NCBI GenBank assembly: GCA_017395085.1
Contig: JAFPWF010000017.1
Coordinates: 1-64,000 of the forward strand
DNA length: 64,000 nucleotides
Reading direction: 5' to 3'
Source: Oscillospiraceae bacterium
GTDB lineage: Bacteria; Bacillota; Clostridia; Oscillospirales; Oscillospiraceae
Part shown: positions 56,582 to 64,000 of the stretch, one piece after another
Layout of the letters: each line of letters opens with the position of its first letter
Numbering within the stretch: the stretch's first letter is position 1
Position numbers and translations under genes: made by a program
Notes under the pieces: model-generated
Told to the model about the DNA's origin: nothing
What the model saw: the letters and a program-made list of their open reading frames with translations, nothing else
The model's database searches: none

Positions 56582-56883
56582 ATATGAACAAAGGAGTTGA
56601 CGCCTTGTACTTAATCGATACCGACTATGTCCCGGAGCAGAGCGCCTTCCGCGGCCGCCCGCAGAAGCCCCTGCTGATCCTGATGGAGTTTCTCCGCCGG
56701 GACAGGAAAGTCATGGAGATCTGCTTTACCCGTTATGAATATAAGGACGCGGCAAGCTGCCGCTCCACATTTGCCAAGACCATCAAGTATTACCATCTGG
56801 ACGGCCAGGTTGCCGTCCGTCTGGCCGGAAAGCAGGTATATCTGATCCGGCTCGACCCGGAAGGAGAGGAGGAATGTCCGTGA
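56582..56883 (+). CDS. hypothetical phage protein
   Basis: 100-aa ORF overlapping the next gene. Confidence 0.35.
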
Positions 56884-57272
56884 ATAAAAAGGATGAAATT
56901 CTCAGCATCCTGAGGAATCTGGAACTGGACCGCACGGCAGTCACGCTGATGCAGGAAGATATTGCCCGTATCGCGGAGGACCAGAAAAGGGAAGGGCTCC
57001 CCGCCCTGCAGCGGGAAGCTCTGGAAAAAGAAAGGTTGGAGCTGCTCTCCTGTATGGTTGCCACGGAGAATCACATCCGTCGCGTGGAACGGCTGTTGGC
57101 CCTTCTCGCGCCGGAGGAGCGTGAGGTGCTGGTGAAGACGCTCATCTGTCCGTATCCGGAAGCGGTCTTTGATCTTGCGTCAGATTTCAAATGCGAGACC
57201 ACACGCATCTACCGCCTCCGCGCCCGCGCCATCAGCAAGCTCGTCCGCCTGCGTTTCGGCGCGGGGGAGTGA
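56874..57272 (+). CDS. ArpU/RinA-like phage late transcriptional regulator (sigma-70 region-4-like)
   Basis: 132 aa with a C-terminal HTH (TTRIYRLRARAISKLVRL). Confidence 0.35.
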   Translation: MSVNKKDEILSILRNLELDRTAVTLMQEDIARIAEDQKREGLPALQREALEKERLELLSCMVATENHIRRVERLLALLAPEEREVLVKTLICPYPEAVFDLASDFKCETTRIYRLRARAISKLVRLRFGAGE

Positions 57273-57287
57273 GAAAGGAGTTTTCGT

Positions 57288-57485
57288 ATGAAGTATGAAG
57301 TTCCCATCTGGCTGAAAGCCAACCTGACACTCGAAGAGGCCGCAGCCTACTTCGGGATCGGTATCAACAAGCTGCGGGAGATTACGGAAAGCGACCACTG
57401 CCCCTGTGTTCTCTGGGTAGGTTCCAAGAGACTGATCAAAAGAAAAAACATGGAAGAATATCTGTCCCGATTGTACTCAATTTAA
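57288..57485 (+). CDS. excisionase-family DNA-binding protein
   Basis: 65-aa HTH protein (LTLEEAAAYFGIGINKLREI) immediately upstream of the integrase. Confidence 0.5.
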   Translation: MKYEVPIWLKANLTLEEAAAYFGIGINKLREITESDHCPCVLWVGSKRLIKRKNMEEYLSRLYSI

Positions 57486-57592
57486 CAGAAAACAGACATT
57501 TTTTCATAAAAAACATGGACGAAGAGTTCATTCTGTGGTATAATAATATTGTGCAGCATAACTCTTTGCCCATAAGAAAGGAGACTTATCTT

Positions 57593-58849
57593 ATGGCAGT
57601 AGAGAGACGCAAAGACAACAGTCGTAAAGTATTGAAGGAGGGTGAATACCAGAGGGCAAACGGCACTTACGAATACAGGTGGACTGATTACAAAGGGGTG
57701 CGGCATTCCCTTTATGCCAAGACGCTCAAAGAGCTCCGGGTGCTGGAAGATCAGCAGATCCATGACAGTGTGGAAGGCCTTGAGGTTTGCAGAAAAGATC
57801 TTACCATAAACGATCTTTATGAGCTCTGGATCAGAATCAAACGGGGTCTGAAAGATAATACGTTTCAGAACTACAAGTACATGTACACACAGTTTGTACA
57901 GGACGGTTTCGGTAAACGTAAAATCTGGAACCTCAAAAGGACGGATGTCCGGGCGTTCTACAACACTCTTGCGGATGAAAAAGGCCTGAAGCCAGCCACG
58001 ATTGACAGTATACACTCGGTTCTTCATCAGGTCCTGGAGCTTGCGGTCGAGGATGAATATCTCCGGTACAATCCTGCAGACAAGGCGCTTAAGGAACTGA
58101 AAAAGGCTCACGCCGATGTTTCGGAAAAAAAGCGGTCGCTGACCGTTGAGGAGCAGGAACTTTTTGAGTCGTTTCTGAAGAACAGTGAGGAGTACGGCAA
58201 ATGGTGGCCCATCTTCACAGTCATGCTCTGGACGGGCATGCGTGTCGGGGAAATCACCGGTCTGAGATGGTCTGACGTTGATTTTGATGCCGGCATCATC
58301 CATGTCAATCATACACTTGTATATTACGATAAGGGCAAAAAAGCCGGTATGACATTTGCAATCAACACACCGAAATCAAAGGCAGGTCAGCGCACAATCC
58401 CCATGCTGCCCATCGTCAGGGAAGCCCTGGAACAGGAAAGAAAAAATCAGGCAGAGTCCGGGATCTGTTGCAAGGTAACCGTTGATGCTTATACGGACTT
58501 CATTTTTGTCAACCGTTACGGCGGCGTTCAGCATCAGGGGACACTGAACAAGGCACTTGCGCGGATTATCCGTGACTGCAACTATGAGCAGCTGGACAGC
58601 CATCAGGGAAAGGAGAATGTTCTTCTGCTCCCTCACTTCTCCAATCACTCCCTGCGGCATACCTTTACCACAAGGATGTGTGAGGCAAATGTCAACGTAA
58701 AAGCCATGCAGGCGATTCTCGGCCACGCAGACGCAGTGACAACTTTGGATATTTATGCGGATGCAACGGATCACCTGAAGCAGGCTGAGCTCATCCATTT
58801 TGCAGATTACTTCCAGAAGAGACAGCCGGTAAAAACAGGGGTTTGCTGA
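57593..58849 (+). CDS. int: tyrosine-type site-specific integrase
   Basis: N-terminal SAM-like and core-binding domains. Catalytic box residues (R...HSLRHTF..., LGHADAVTTLDIYAD with the tyrosine). Confidence 0.8.
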   Translation: MAVERRKDNSRKVLKEGEYQRANGTYEYRWTDYKGVRHSLYAKTLKELRVLEDQQIHDSVEGLEVCRKDLTINDLYELWIRIKRGLKDNTFQNYKYMYTQFVQDGFGKRKIWNLKRTDVRAFYNTLADEKGLKPATIDSIHSVLHQVLELAVEDEYLRYNPADKALKELKKAHADVSEKKRSLTVEEQELFESFLKNSEEYGKWWPIFTVMLWTGMRVGEITGLRWSDVDFDAGIIHVNHTLVYYDKGKKAGMTFAINTPKSKAGQRTIPMLPIVREALEQERKNQAESGICCKVTVDAYTDFIFVNRYGGVQHQGTLNKALARIIRDCNYEQLDSHQGKENVLLLPHFSNHSLRHTFTTRMCEANVNVKAMQAILGHADAVTTLDIYADATDHLKQAELIHFADYFQKRQPVKTGVC

Positions 58850-58870
58850 CCGATATCTTTACGACAGAAT

Positions 58871-58899
58871 TACCACAAGCATACCACAATCGTACCACA
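58871..58899 (+). promoter_or_regulatory. three direct TACCACA repeats at an exact 11-bp period; candidate integrase arm-type binding sites (att region)
   Basis: TACCACA at 58871, 58882 and 58893, immediately downstream of int. Confidence 0.35.
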
Positions 58900-59032
58900 A
58901 AAAACGCTGTTTTATGTAGAGCAGCAAAGAGTTGCAAAGGCTGAATAAGTTTCGGATTTCTCCAATAGTGCCCAATAAAGACTTTTAAAGGCCTAAAAAG
59001 TTCTGTAAATTGGGCAATTGGAAATCCCGACC

Positions 59033-59512
59033 ATGAAGCCGTTGGATCTGCCGAAAAAGGATGCGCAGGAAACTGTTGCAAAAGCTGCGGCGTCTTCAAC
59101 TGCAGTTCCGCAAGAATCTGTGGCGGAAGAAAAGATCGACTTTTCCAGCGTCGTAATTGAACCTCTGTTCCGGGATCAGGTTGATTTTGAGACCTTCTCC
59201 AGGTCTGACTTCCGTGCAGTCAAAGTGCTTGCCTGTAAAGCGGTTCCGAAATCCAAGAAGCTTCTGCAGTTTACTTTGGACGACGGAAGCGGCGAAGATA
59301 GGACCATCCTGAGTGGAATTCACCCCTACTATGAACCGGAAGAACTGATCGGAAAGACATGCATTGCCATCACGAATCTTCCTCCGCGCAAGATGATGGG
59401 CATCGACTCCTGCGGTATGCTGATCAGCGCAGTGCACCATGAGGGCGAAGAGGAAAAACTTCACCTGCTGATGGTCGATCCTCACATCCCGGCAGGGGCA
59501 AAACTGTACTGA
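59033..59512 (+). CDS. tRNA-binding protein (Myf/EMAP/CsaA-type OB fold)
   Basis: RAVKVLACKAVPKSKKLLQFTLDDGSG...GMLISAV matches the tRNA-binding OB-domain pattern. Confidence 0.55.
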   Translation: MKPLDLPKKDAQETVAKAAASSTAVPQESVAEEKIDFSSVVIEPLFRDQVDFETFSRSDFRAVKVLACKAVPKSKKLLQFTLDDGSGEDRTILSGIHPYYEPEELIGKTCIAITNLPPRKMMGIDSCGMLISAVHHEGEEEKLHLLMVDPHIPAGAKLY

Positions 59513-59565
59513 TTCAGATCTGCCGTTGATAAGTTATACTTAATAGTGAAATCTGGAAGATATTC

Positions 59566-59603
59566 AAGGCATAAAACCACCTAAGAAGGTGGTTTTATGC
59601 CTT
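59566..59603 (+). terminator. intrinsic terminator (aaggcataaaaccacc-taag-aaggtggttttatgcctt)
   Basis: 16-bp near-perfect stem. Confidence 0.5.
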
Positions 59604-59811
59604 GTGTGTATTTATATTCAGAATACAACAAACCGTTATTTGCGATAAAAATTCGGTTTTCGTTAGCGCTAAGAAGCCAGAGGAATCTGCTGCCTTTACG
59701 AAAAATCACTTTACAATCAGAAAGCATAGCTGTATAATTGCATACAATCACACAGCTATTATCTGCGTACTACTGTTATGCTGTTTGTTAAGAATCAAAG
59801 GAGAAACCGTT

Positions 59812-61191
59812 ATGTTGGAACTGTCACCGAAAACCAATCTGTTGGAAGAGAACGACTACCGCTATTCACTTCAGGATGTTAAAAACCCGGTTCTTTACCG
59901 GGATGTCTATAACTATGATGAGATACCGAAGGTTGCGTTCAACCATCGGCGTGTGCCGATGAGCATGCCTGAGGATATTTGGATAACCGATACTTCCTTC
60001 CGTGACGGGCAGCAGGCATTTCGCCCGTACACGCCCGAACAGATTGAAACATTGTTCAAACTGATGTCGCGCCTGGGGGGGCCTTATGGACTCATCCGGC
60101 AAACGGAATTCTTCATCTACTCCAAACGCGACCGCGAAGCGATTGAACGCTGCATGTCGTTGGGGCTTCGTTTTCCGGAGATTACGACCTGGATTCGGGC
60201 TAGTCGCGAAGACTTTCGCATGGTTCGGGATCTTGGCATCCGGGAGACAGGCATTCTGGTTTCCTGCAGCGATTACCACATTTTTAAAAAGCTGCAGATG
60301 ACTCGAAGACAGGCAATGGACATGTATCTTGCAACGGTAAAGGATGCATTTGAAGCTGGAGTGATGCCGCGCTGCCATCTGGAGGATATCACCCGCGCGG
60401 ACTTCTACGGTTTTGTAGTTCCTTTCGTGAATGAACTCATGAAACTTTCCGATGAAGCCGGGATTCCGGTACGCATCCGTGCCTGCGATACTATGGGATA
60501 CGGTGTTCCGTATACTGAGGTTGCTCTGCCGCGAAGTGTTCCTGGAATTATTTACGGCCTTCAGCATTATTCCGGTGTTGAGAGTGAGAATCTGGAATGG
60601 CATGGCCACAACGATTTCTATAAAGCAGTTGCCAATGCGGCAACCGCCTGGCTGTACGGTGCCAGTGGAGTCAACTGCACGCTTCTCGGAATCGGGGAAC
60701 GTACGGGAAATGTACCGCTGGAAGCGATGGTATTGGAATACGCCTCGCTTCGCGGTTCTCTGGATGGCATGGATACAACTGTCATCACCGAAATTGCGGA
60801 GTACTACCAGAAGGAAATCGGATATAACGTTCCGCCGATGACTCCCTTTGTAGGCAGGAACTTTAATGTGACGAGGGCCGGTATTCATGCCGACGGTCTT
60901 CTGAAGGATGAGGAAATTTACAACATCTTCAATACGGATAAACTTTTGCATCGCCCCGCGGGTGTAGCCGTCAGCAAAAATTCCGGCCTGGCTGGAATCG
61001 CTTACTGGATGAACCGTACATACGGCCTGAAAGGGAAAAAACAGTTGACAAAACACAGCTCCCTGGTTCAGGATTTAAAGGCATGGGTCGACACGCAGTA
61101 TGAGGACGGGCGCACGGCTTCTCTTTCGGATGCAGAACTGGAAGAAAAGGTCAGTGAACTGACCGACGGCAGCATGAAGCCGCAGATATAA
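59812..61191 (+). CDS. HMGL-like/pyruvate carboxyltransferase-family synthase (isopropylmalate/homocitrate/Re-citrate synthase family)
   Basis: DTSFRDGQQA motif in a TIM-barrel and HxH metal site (WHGHND). AAAGGAG RBS. Confidence 0.55.
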   Translation: MLELSPKTNLLEENDYRYSLQDVKNPVLYRDVYNYDEIPKVAFNHRRVPMSMPEDIWITDTSFRDGQQAFRPYTPEQIETLFKLMSRLGGPYGLIRQTEFFIYSKRDREAIERCMSLGLRFPEITTWIRASREDFRMVRDLGIRETGILVSCSDYHIFKKLQMTRRQAMDMYLATVKDAFEAGVMPRCHLEDITRADFYGFVVPFVNELMKLSDEAGIPVRIRACDTMGYGVPYTEVALPRSVPGIIYGLQHYSGVESENLEWHGHNDFYKAVANAATAWLYGASGVNCTLLGIGERTGNVPLEAMVLEYASLRGSLDGMDTTVITEIAEYYQKEIGYNVPPMTPFVGRNFNVTRAGIHADGLLKDEEIYNIFNTDKLLHRPAGVAVSKNSGLAGIAYWMNRTYGLKGKKQLTKHSSLVQDLKAWVDTQYEDGRTASLSDAELEEKVSELTDGSMKPQI

Positions 61192-61240
61192 CTAAATGAT
61201 GTAAACTTGTGTGGCAGTTGCATGACAGAAAGGAAATGAC

Positions 61241-62080
61241 ATGAGTAACCAAGGCCCACTGAGACCTGAAGAGTATCTGGAGCCCGATTGTCCTCTTTGC
61301 GGAAATCCCTATGAATCTCAACATCCGGTAAGACCGGTTCCTCAGCAGCGGATTCTGAACAAACTGGATGACTATATGAGCCGCCGGGATTACGATGGCG
61401 CGGAGCGACATCTGCTCTACTGGCTGAAAGAAGCGGAACAGGGAAGAGATCTTCGCGGGCAGCTGCTGGTATGCAATGAGCTGATTGGGCATTATCGAAA
61501 GACAGGCAGCAGGGAGAATGCTTTCTGCTATGCGGAACTGGCACTTTCGCTTTTGGAAGAGATGGATTTTGAAGGCAGCATCAGTGCCGGCACAACATAT
61601 GTAAACGCCGCGACAGCATACAGCGCTTTTGGTGACAACCAGCGCGCATTAGAACTGTTCGAACGTGCAAAAGCACTATATGAATCCACACCGCATACCC
61701 AGGCGCATCTGTTGGGCGGGTTATATAACAACATGGCCCTTGTCCTGCAGACGCTGGGCAGATTCCCGGAAGCGTTTGAGCTTTATAACAAAGCCATGAA
61801 AACGATGGAGACAGTTCCCGGTGGCGTACTGGAACAGGCGATTACCTGCTTGAATATGGCGGACGCCGTTGCGGCACAGTTTGGCCAGGAAGAGGGAGAA
61901 GCGCGCATTTTTGAACTATTGGATCGTGCTGATGAGCTGCTTCACGACAAATCTGCGCCTCATAACGGGTATTATGCGTTCGTCTGTGAAAAATGCTCGC
62001 CCACTTTCTCCTACTACGGATACTTCGCCGTGGCGGAGGAACTGCAGCGTGAGGCTAAAGAGATCTATGAAAGGGCTTGA
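61241..62080 (+). CDS. TPR-repeat protein
   Basis: Repeated A/L/Y-rich helical hairpins (ALSLLEEM..., AATAYSAFGDNQRALELFERA..., LYNNMALVLQTLGRFPEAFELYNKA). Confidence 0.45.
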   Translation: MSNQGPLRPEEYLEPDCPLCGNPYESQHPVRPVPQQRILNKLDDYMSRRDYDGAERHLLYWLKEAEQGRDLRGQLLVCNELIGHYRKTGSRENAFCYAELALSLLEEMDFEGSISAGTTYVNAATAYSAFGDNQRALELFERAKALYESTPHTQAHLLGGLYNNMALVLQTLGRFPEAFELYNKAMKTMETVPGGVLEQAITCLNMADAVAAQFGQEEGEARIFELLDRADELLHDKSAPHNGYYAFVCEKCSPTFSYYGYFAVAEELQREAKEIYERA

Positions 62081-63008
62081 ACTTTCACAGGCTTTTTTCG
62101 AGGAGCATGGAAGACCGATGCTGGAGACACAGTTTCCGGAGCTTCTGCCTTTTCTCGCGGTTGGGCTGTTTGGAAGCGGATCCGAATGCTTCGGTTATGA
62201 CGATGTGACTTCTCAGGATCATGACTTTGAGCCTGGTTTCTGTATCTTCCTCCCGGGAGAAGACGTGGTGAGCCGGCGGGACGCTTTTCTTCTGGAACGC
62301 GCATATGCAAAGCTGCCCCGTAGTTTCATGGGTTATAAACGCAGTGTTCTCTCTCCGGTGGGAGGCAACCGCCACGGTGTACTGAGGACTGCAGAGTTCT
62401 TTAACCGCACAGTCGGTTCAGTTGATGGAACTCTGGACCTGATGCAGTGGCTTTCGCTGCCGGAGCAGGCCTTGGCGGAGGCCACAAACGGGAAACTCTT
62501 CTTCGACCGGTATGGAGAAGTGTCAGATATCCGCGAGAAACTCCGCTGTTTTCCGGAAGGTATCAGGCGAAAACGCTTGGCAGGTCATTTACTGCTGATG
62601 GCGCAGGCCGGGCAATACAACTATACCCGCTGCCTGAAACACGGAGAGACTGCCGCTGCGCAGCTTGCAGCGGTGGAATATGTCAAAAGCACGCTCTCAG
62701 TGCTGTTTTTGTTAAACCGCAGGTATCAGCCTTATTACAAATGGGTGTTCCGGGCACTGAGGGAACTCCCGGAAGGTGAAAAGTATGCGAAGATTCTGGA
62801 AGAACTTTTAACCACAGGCAATACAGAAACAGAGGCAAAGCAGAAGGCCGAAACCATTGAAAATCTTTCCGCATCCATCAGTTCCATGCTGAACGACCAG
62901 GACCTGACTGCACGCCGCGGAGATGATCTGGAACGGTTGGCGTATTCGGTAAATGACGGAATCCAGGACGGCGAACTGCGCAACATGCATGTGCTTGCTG
63001 CAGTCTGA
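62067..63008 (+). CDS. DUF4037-like nucleotidyltransferase-fold protein
   Basis: GLFGSGSECFGYDD..DHD motif near the N-terminus. Overlaps the upstream gene by 14 nt. Confidence 0.4.
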   Translation: MKGLELSQAFFEEHGRPMLETQFPELLPFLAVGLFGSGSECFGYDDVTSQDHDFEPGFCIFLPGEDVVSRRDAFLLERAYAKLPRSFMGYKRSVLSPVGGNRHGVLRTAEFFNRTVGSVDGTLDLMQWLSLPEQALAEATNGKLFFDRYGEVSDIREKLRCFPEGIRRKRLAGHLLLMAQAGQYNYTRCLKHGETAAAQLAAVEYVKSTLSVLFLLNRRYQPYYKWVFRALRELPEGEKYAKILEELLTTGNTETEAKQKAETIENLSASISSMLNDQDLTARRGDDLERLAYSVNDGIQDGELRNMHVLAAV

Positions 63009-63096
63009 ACTGTCGGTAAACTTGCTTTTTCAACCTTTCCATGCTACACTGTAACAAATCCGTAAAGATGCGGGTGCAGAACTGGAGGAATCGACT

Positions 63097-63858
63097 TTGG
63101 AAACCCGATACACTTTGTGGTACAGCCCGGCTCTCGGTCGGGATATGGCGTGCAAATCGTGGGGTCACGGCGGCAGGCCGGTGCTTTACATTCCCTGCCA
63201 GGACGGGCATTATTATGACTTTGAAAACTTCGGTATGGCGGATGTCTGGGCGCCGTTTATTGACAGCGGCCGAGTAACCGTTTTTGCGATTGATACCATG
63301 GATTCCGAGACCTGGTCTGCCAAGTCGGGGAATCCGTACTTGCGTATTCGGCGGCATGAGCAGTGGATCCGCTATATCACGGATGAAGTGGTTCCCTATA
63401 TCCGTACGGTTTGCCGGGAGCGCGGCTGGGAAACCGACCCGGGCGTGATGGCATTCGGCGCAAGTCTCGGTGCCACACACGCGGTCAATCTGTTCTTCCG
63501 TTTTCCGAAGCTGTTTGATTCGCTTCTTGCCCTCAGCGGACTATACAATGCCGACTACGGATTTGACGGTTATATGGACGATCTGGTTTACTTGAACTCA
63601 CCGCTGCACTATCTGCCGAATATGCCGCTGAACCACGAGTATATCTCCCTGTATAATCAGCATCACGGTGTGGTCTGCACAGGCCAGGGACCATGGGAGA
63701 TTCCTGATTCTACCCGCGCTCTTCACCAGGCGCTCAGCGACCGGGGCATCGAAGTCTGGGTGGATTATTGGGGGTATGATGTGGCGCATGACTGGGATTG
63801 GTGGTTTAAGCAGGTCCAGTACTTTGTCCCGCAGCTGCTCGAGGCAGAGGGCAGATAA
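63097..63858 (+). CDS. alpha/beta-hydrolase esterase (putative esterase family)
   Basis: GASLGATHA nucleophile elbow (GxSxG). About 250 aa. Confidence 0.55.
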   Translation: METRYTLWYSPALGRDMACKSWGHGGRPVLYIPCQDGHYYDFENFGMADVWAPFIDSGRVTVFAIDTMDSETWSAKSGNPYLRIRRHEQWIRYITDEVVPYIRTVCRERGWETDPGVMAFGASLGATHAVNLFFRFPKLFDSLLALSGLYNADYGFDGYMDDLVYLNSPLHYLPNMPLNHEYISLYNQHHGVVCTGQGPWEIPDSTRALHQALSDRGIEVWVDYWGYDVAHDWDWWFKQVQYFVPQLLEAEGR

Positions 63859-63875
63859 AGAAAAGAGAGATTAGA

Positions 63876-64000
63876 TGAAAAACGTTGTATTTATTTCTCC
63901 GAATTTTCCGACTAACTATTGGCATTTCTGCCAGGAACTGAAGAATGACGGGGTAAATGTACTCGGGATCGGAGATCAGCCATACCATGAATTGAGCTGG
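63876..64000 (+). CDS. hypothetical protein (3' end beyond the window)
   Basis: ORF starts MKNVVFISPNFPTNYWHFC... after a plausible RBS. Confidence 0.3.

Noticed and set aside
1-64000. CRISPR arrays, rRNA or tRNA genes
   Set aside because: No short direct repeats with spacers were seen. The only GTTCGAATC-like string (38826) lies inside the desulfurase CDS with no cloverleaf context.

Overview
The window reads as a temperate-phage-like integrated element from a Firmicutes/Clostridia-type genome (taxon is inference only). The left arm (1-11.2 kb, high GC, + strand) carries HK97-like capsid, tail, holin and CHAP endolysin genes. The right arm (42.8-58.9 kb, high GC) carries LexA, an XRE/ImmA pair, sigma factors, a family-A DNA polymerase, HNH, DUF2815/DUF2800, a primase-helicase, VRR-NUC, an SNF2 helicase, an excisionase and a tyrosine integrase with arm-type repeats. 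Between the two arms sits a ~30 kb lower-GC mosaic accessory island (11.2-41.9 kb).

The island contains:
- an RHH gene next to a membrane-anchored TIR-domain protein with a zinc-ribbon/TPR N-terminus;
- a cluster of zinc-ribbon proteins, one of them an SPFH/flotillin-like protein;
- an unidentified small structured RNA with its own promoter and terminator;
- a tightly packed 12-gene + strand operon (22.2-42.8 kb).

The operon has a BREX type-4-like core (BrxP PAPS-reductase/4Fe-4S, BrxC ATPase, PglZ, BrxL-like ATPase). It opens and closes with BrxR-like WYL regulators. It is expanded by an unknown 1078-aa repeat protein, an HNH nuclease, a dedicated DndA/IscS-like cysteine desulfurase, and a translationally coupled triad of a RuvB-like AAA+ paralog (degenerate Walker B), a J-domain coiled-coil protein and a HIRAN-domain protein. 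I regard this as the most likely novel system: a putative BREX-4/Dnd-like sulfur-modification hybrid plus a DNA-junction-sensing module.

A second notable feature is a family of five ~125-170 nt intergenic elements with clear compensatory base-pair covariation (structured RNA). Two of them are flanked by degenerate duplicates of the upstream gene's 3' end. There is also a radical-SAM spore-photoproduct-lyase-like moron inserted antisense within the tail module.

The right flank (59-64 kb) holds ordinary housekeeping-type genes (tRNA-binding protein, HMGL-like synthase, TPR protein, DUF4037, esterase). No rRNA, tRNA or CRISPR arrays were seen.
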